A DNA stretch of 64,000 nucleotides from Paraspadella gotoi (lineage: Eukaryota > Animalia > Chaetognatha): positions 6,776,502-6,840,501 of the forward strand of contig CM119264.1 in the NCBI GenBank assembly GCA_051294375.1, given 5' to 3'. Of this stretch, positions 63,839-64,000 are shown one piece after another (position 1 is the stretch's first letter; every line of letters begins with the position of its first letter). The position numbers were made by a program, and so were the translations under genes. The notes beneath the pieces are model-generated. The model saw only the letters and a list, made by a program, of their open reading frames with translations. It did no database searches and was not told the origin of the DNA.

Positions 63839-64000
63839 GTCATCTCTCATTTTTTTCTTTCTCCGATGTAACCAAAAATCCAGTAACGAACAATCACACT
63901 AATATTAGTATTACGAAGAAAGCAAAACGCAGGGGAAAAAGTTCAGAGGCGCCGAATCCCATAAAACGACTTTCCGCCTTTTCTTTCTTTTCTTTATTTC

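Overview
Eukaryotic (almost certainly animal) genomic DNA: AT-rich, CpG-rich, dense in (CT/GA)n, (CTTT)n, (GAC)n and (TTA)n microsatellites, with short GT-AG introns. The assembly is a gap-filled draft (six gaps of exactly 25 N, one of 10 N, one of 260 N) with noisy, read-like sequence and duplications beside the gaps. The one gene I can name with confidence is a six-exon GH56 hyaluronidase (34588-39135, +) with intact catalytic residues, two probable homopolymer frameshift errors and a poly-Glu insert in its EGF-like domain. Inverted duplications dominate the window. A ~17 kb inverted repeat (13263-21207 / 22815-30398) has arms that end inward in degenerate TTAGGG arrays, with a 47-bp hairpin close to its centre. 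Two smaller palindromes fold at the same poly-T linker. A third inverted pair (52085-53456 / 57267-58498) encloses a decayed intron-containing gene. Less obvious features are three Penelope-type minimal hammerhead ribozyme motifs and several prohormone-like ORFs. The best of those is a TATA-preceded gene with a signal-peptide-like leader that would release W-amide peptides (YRSLMWPYFW-GR, KR-ALLRW-GR), present once in each arm of the large repeat. Most long ORFs in the supplied track are microsatellite artefacts. All calls were made by eye; no searches were run.
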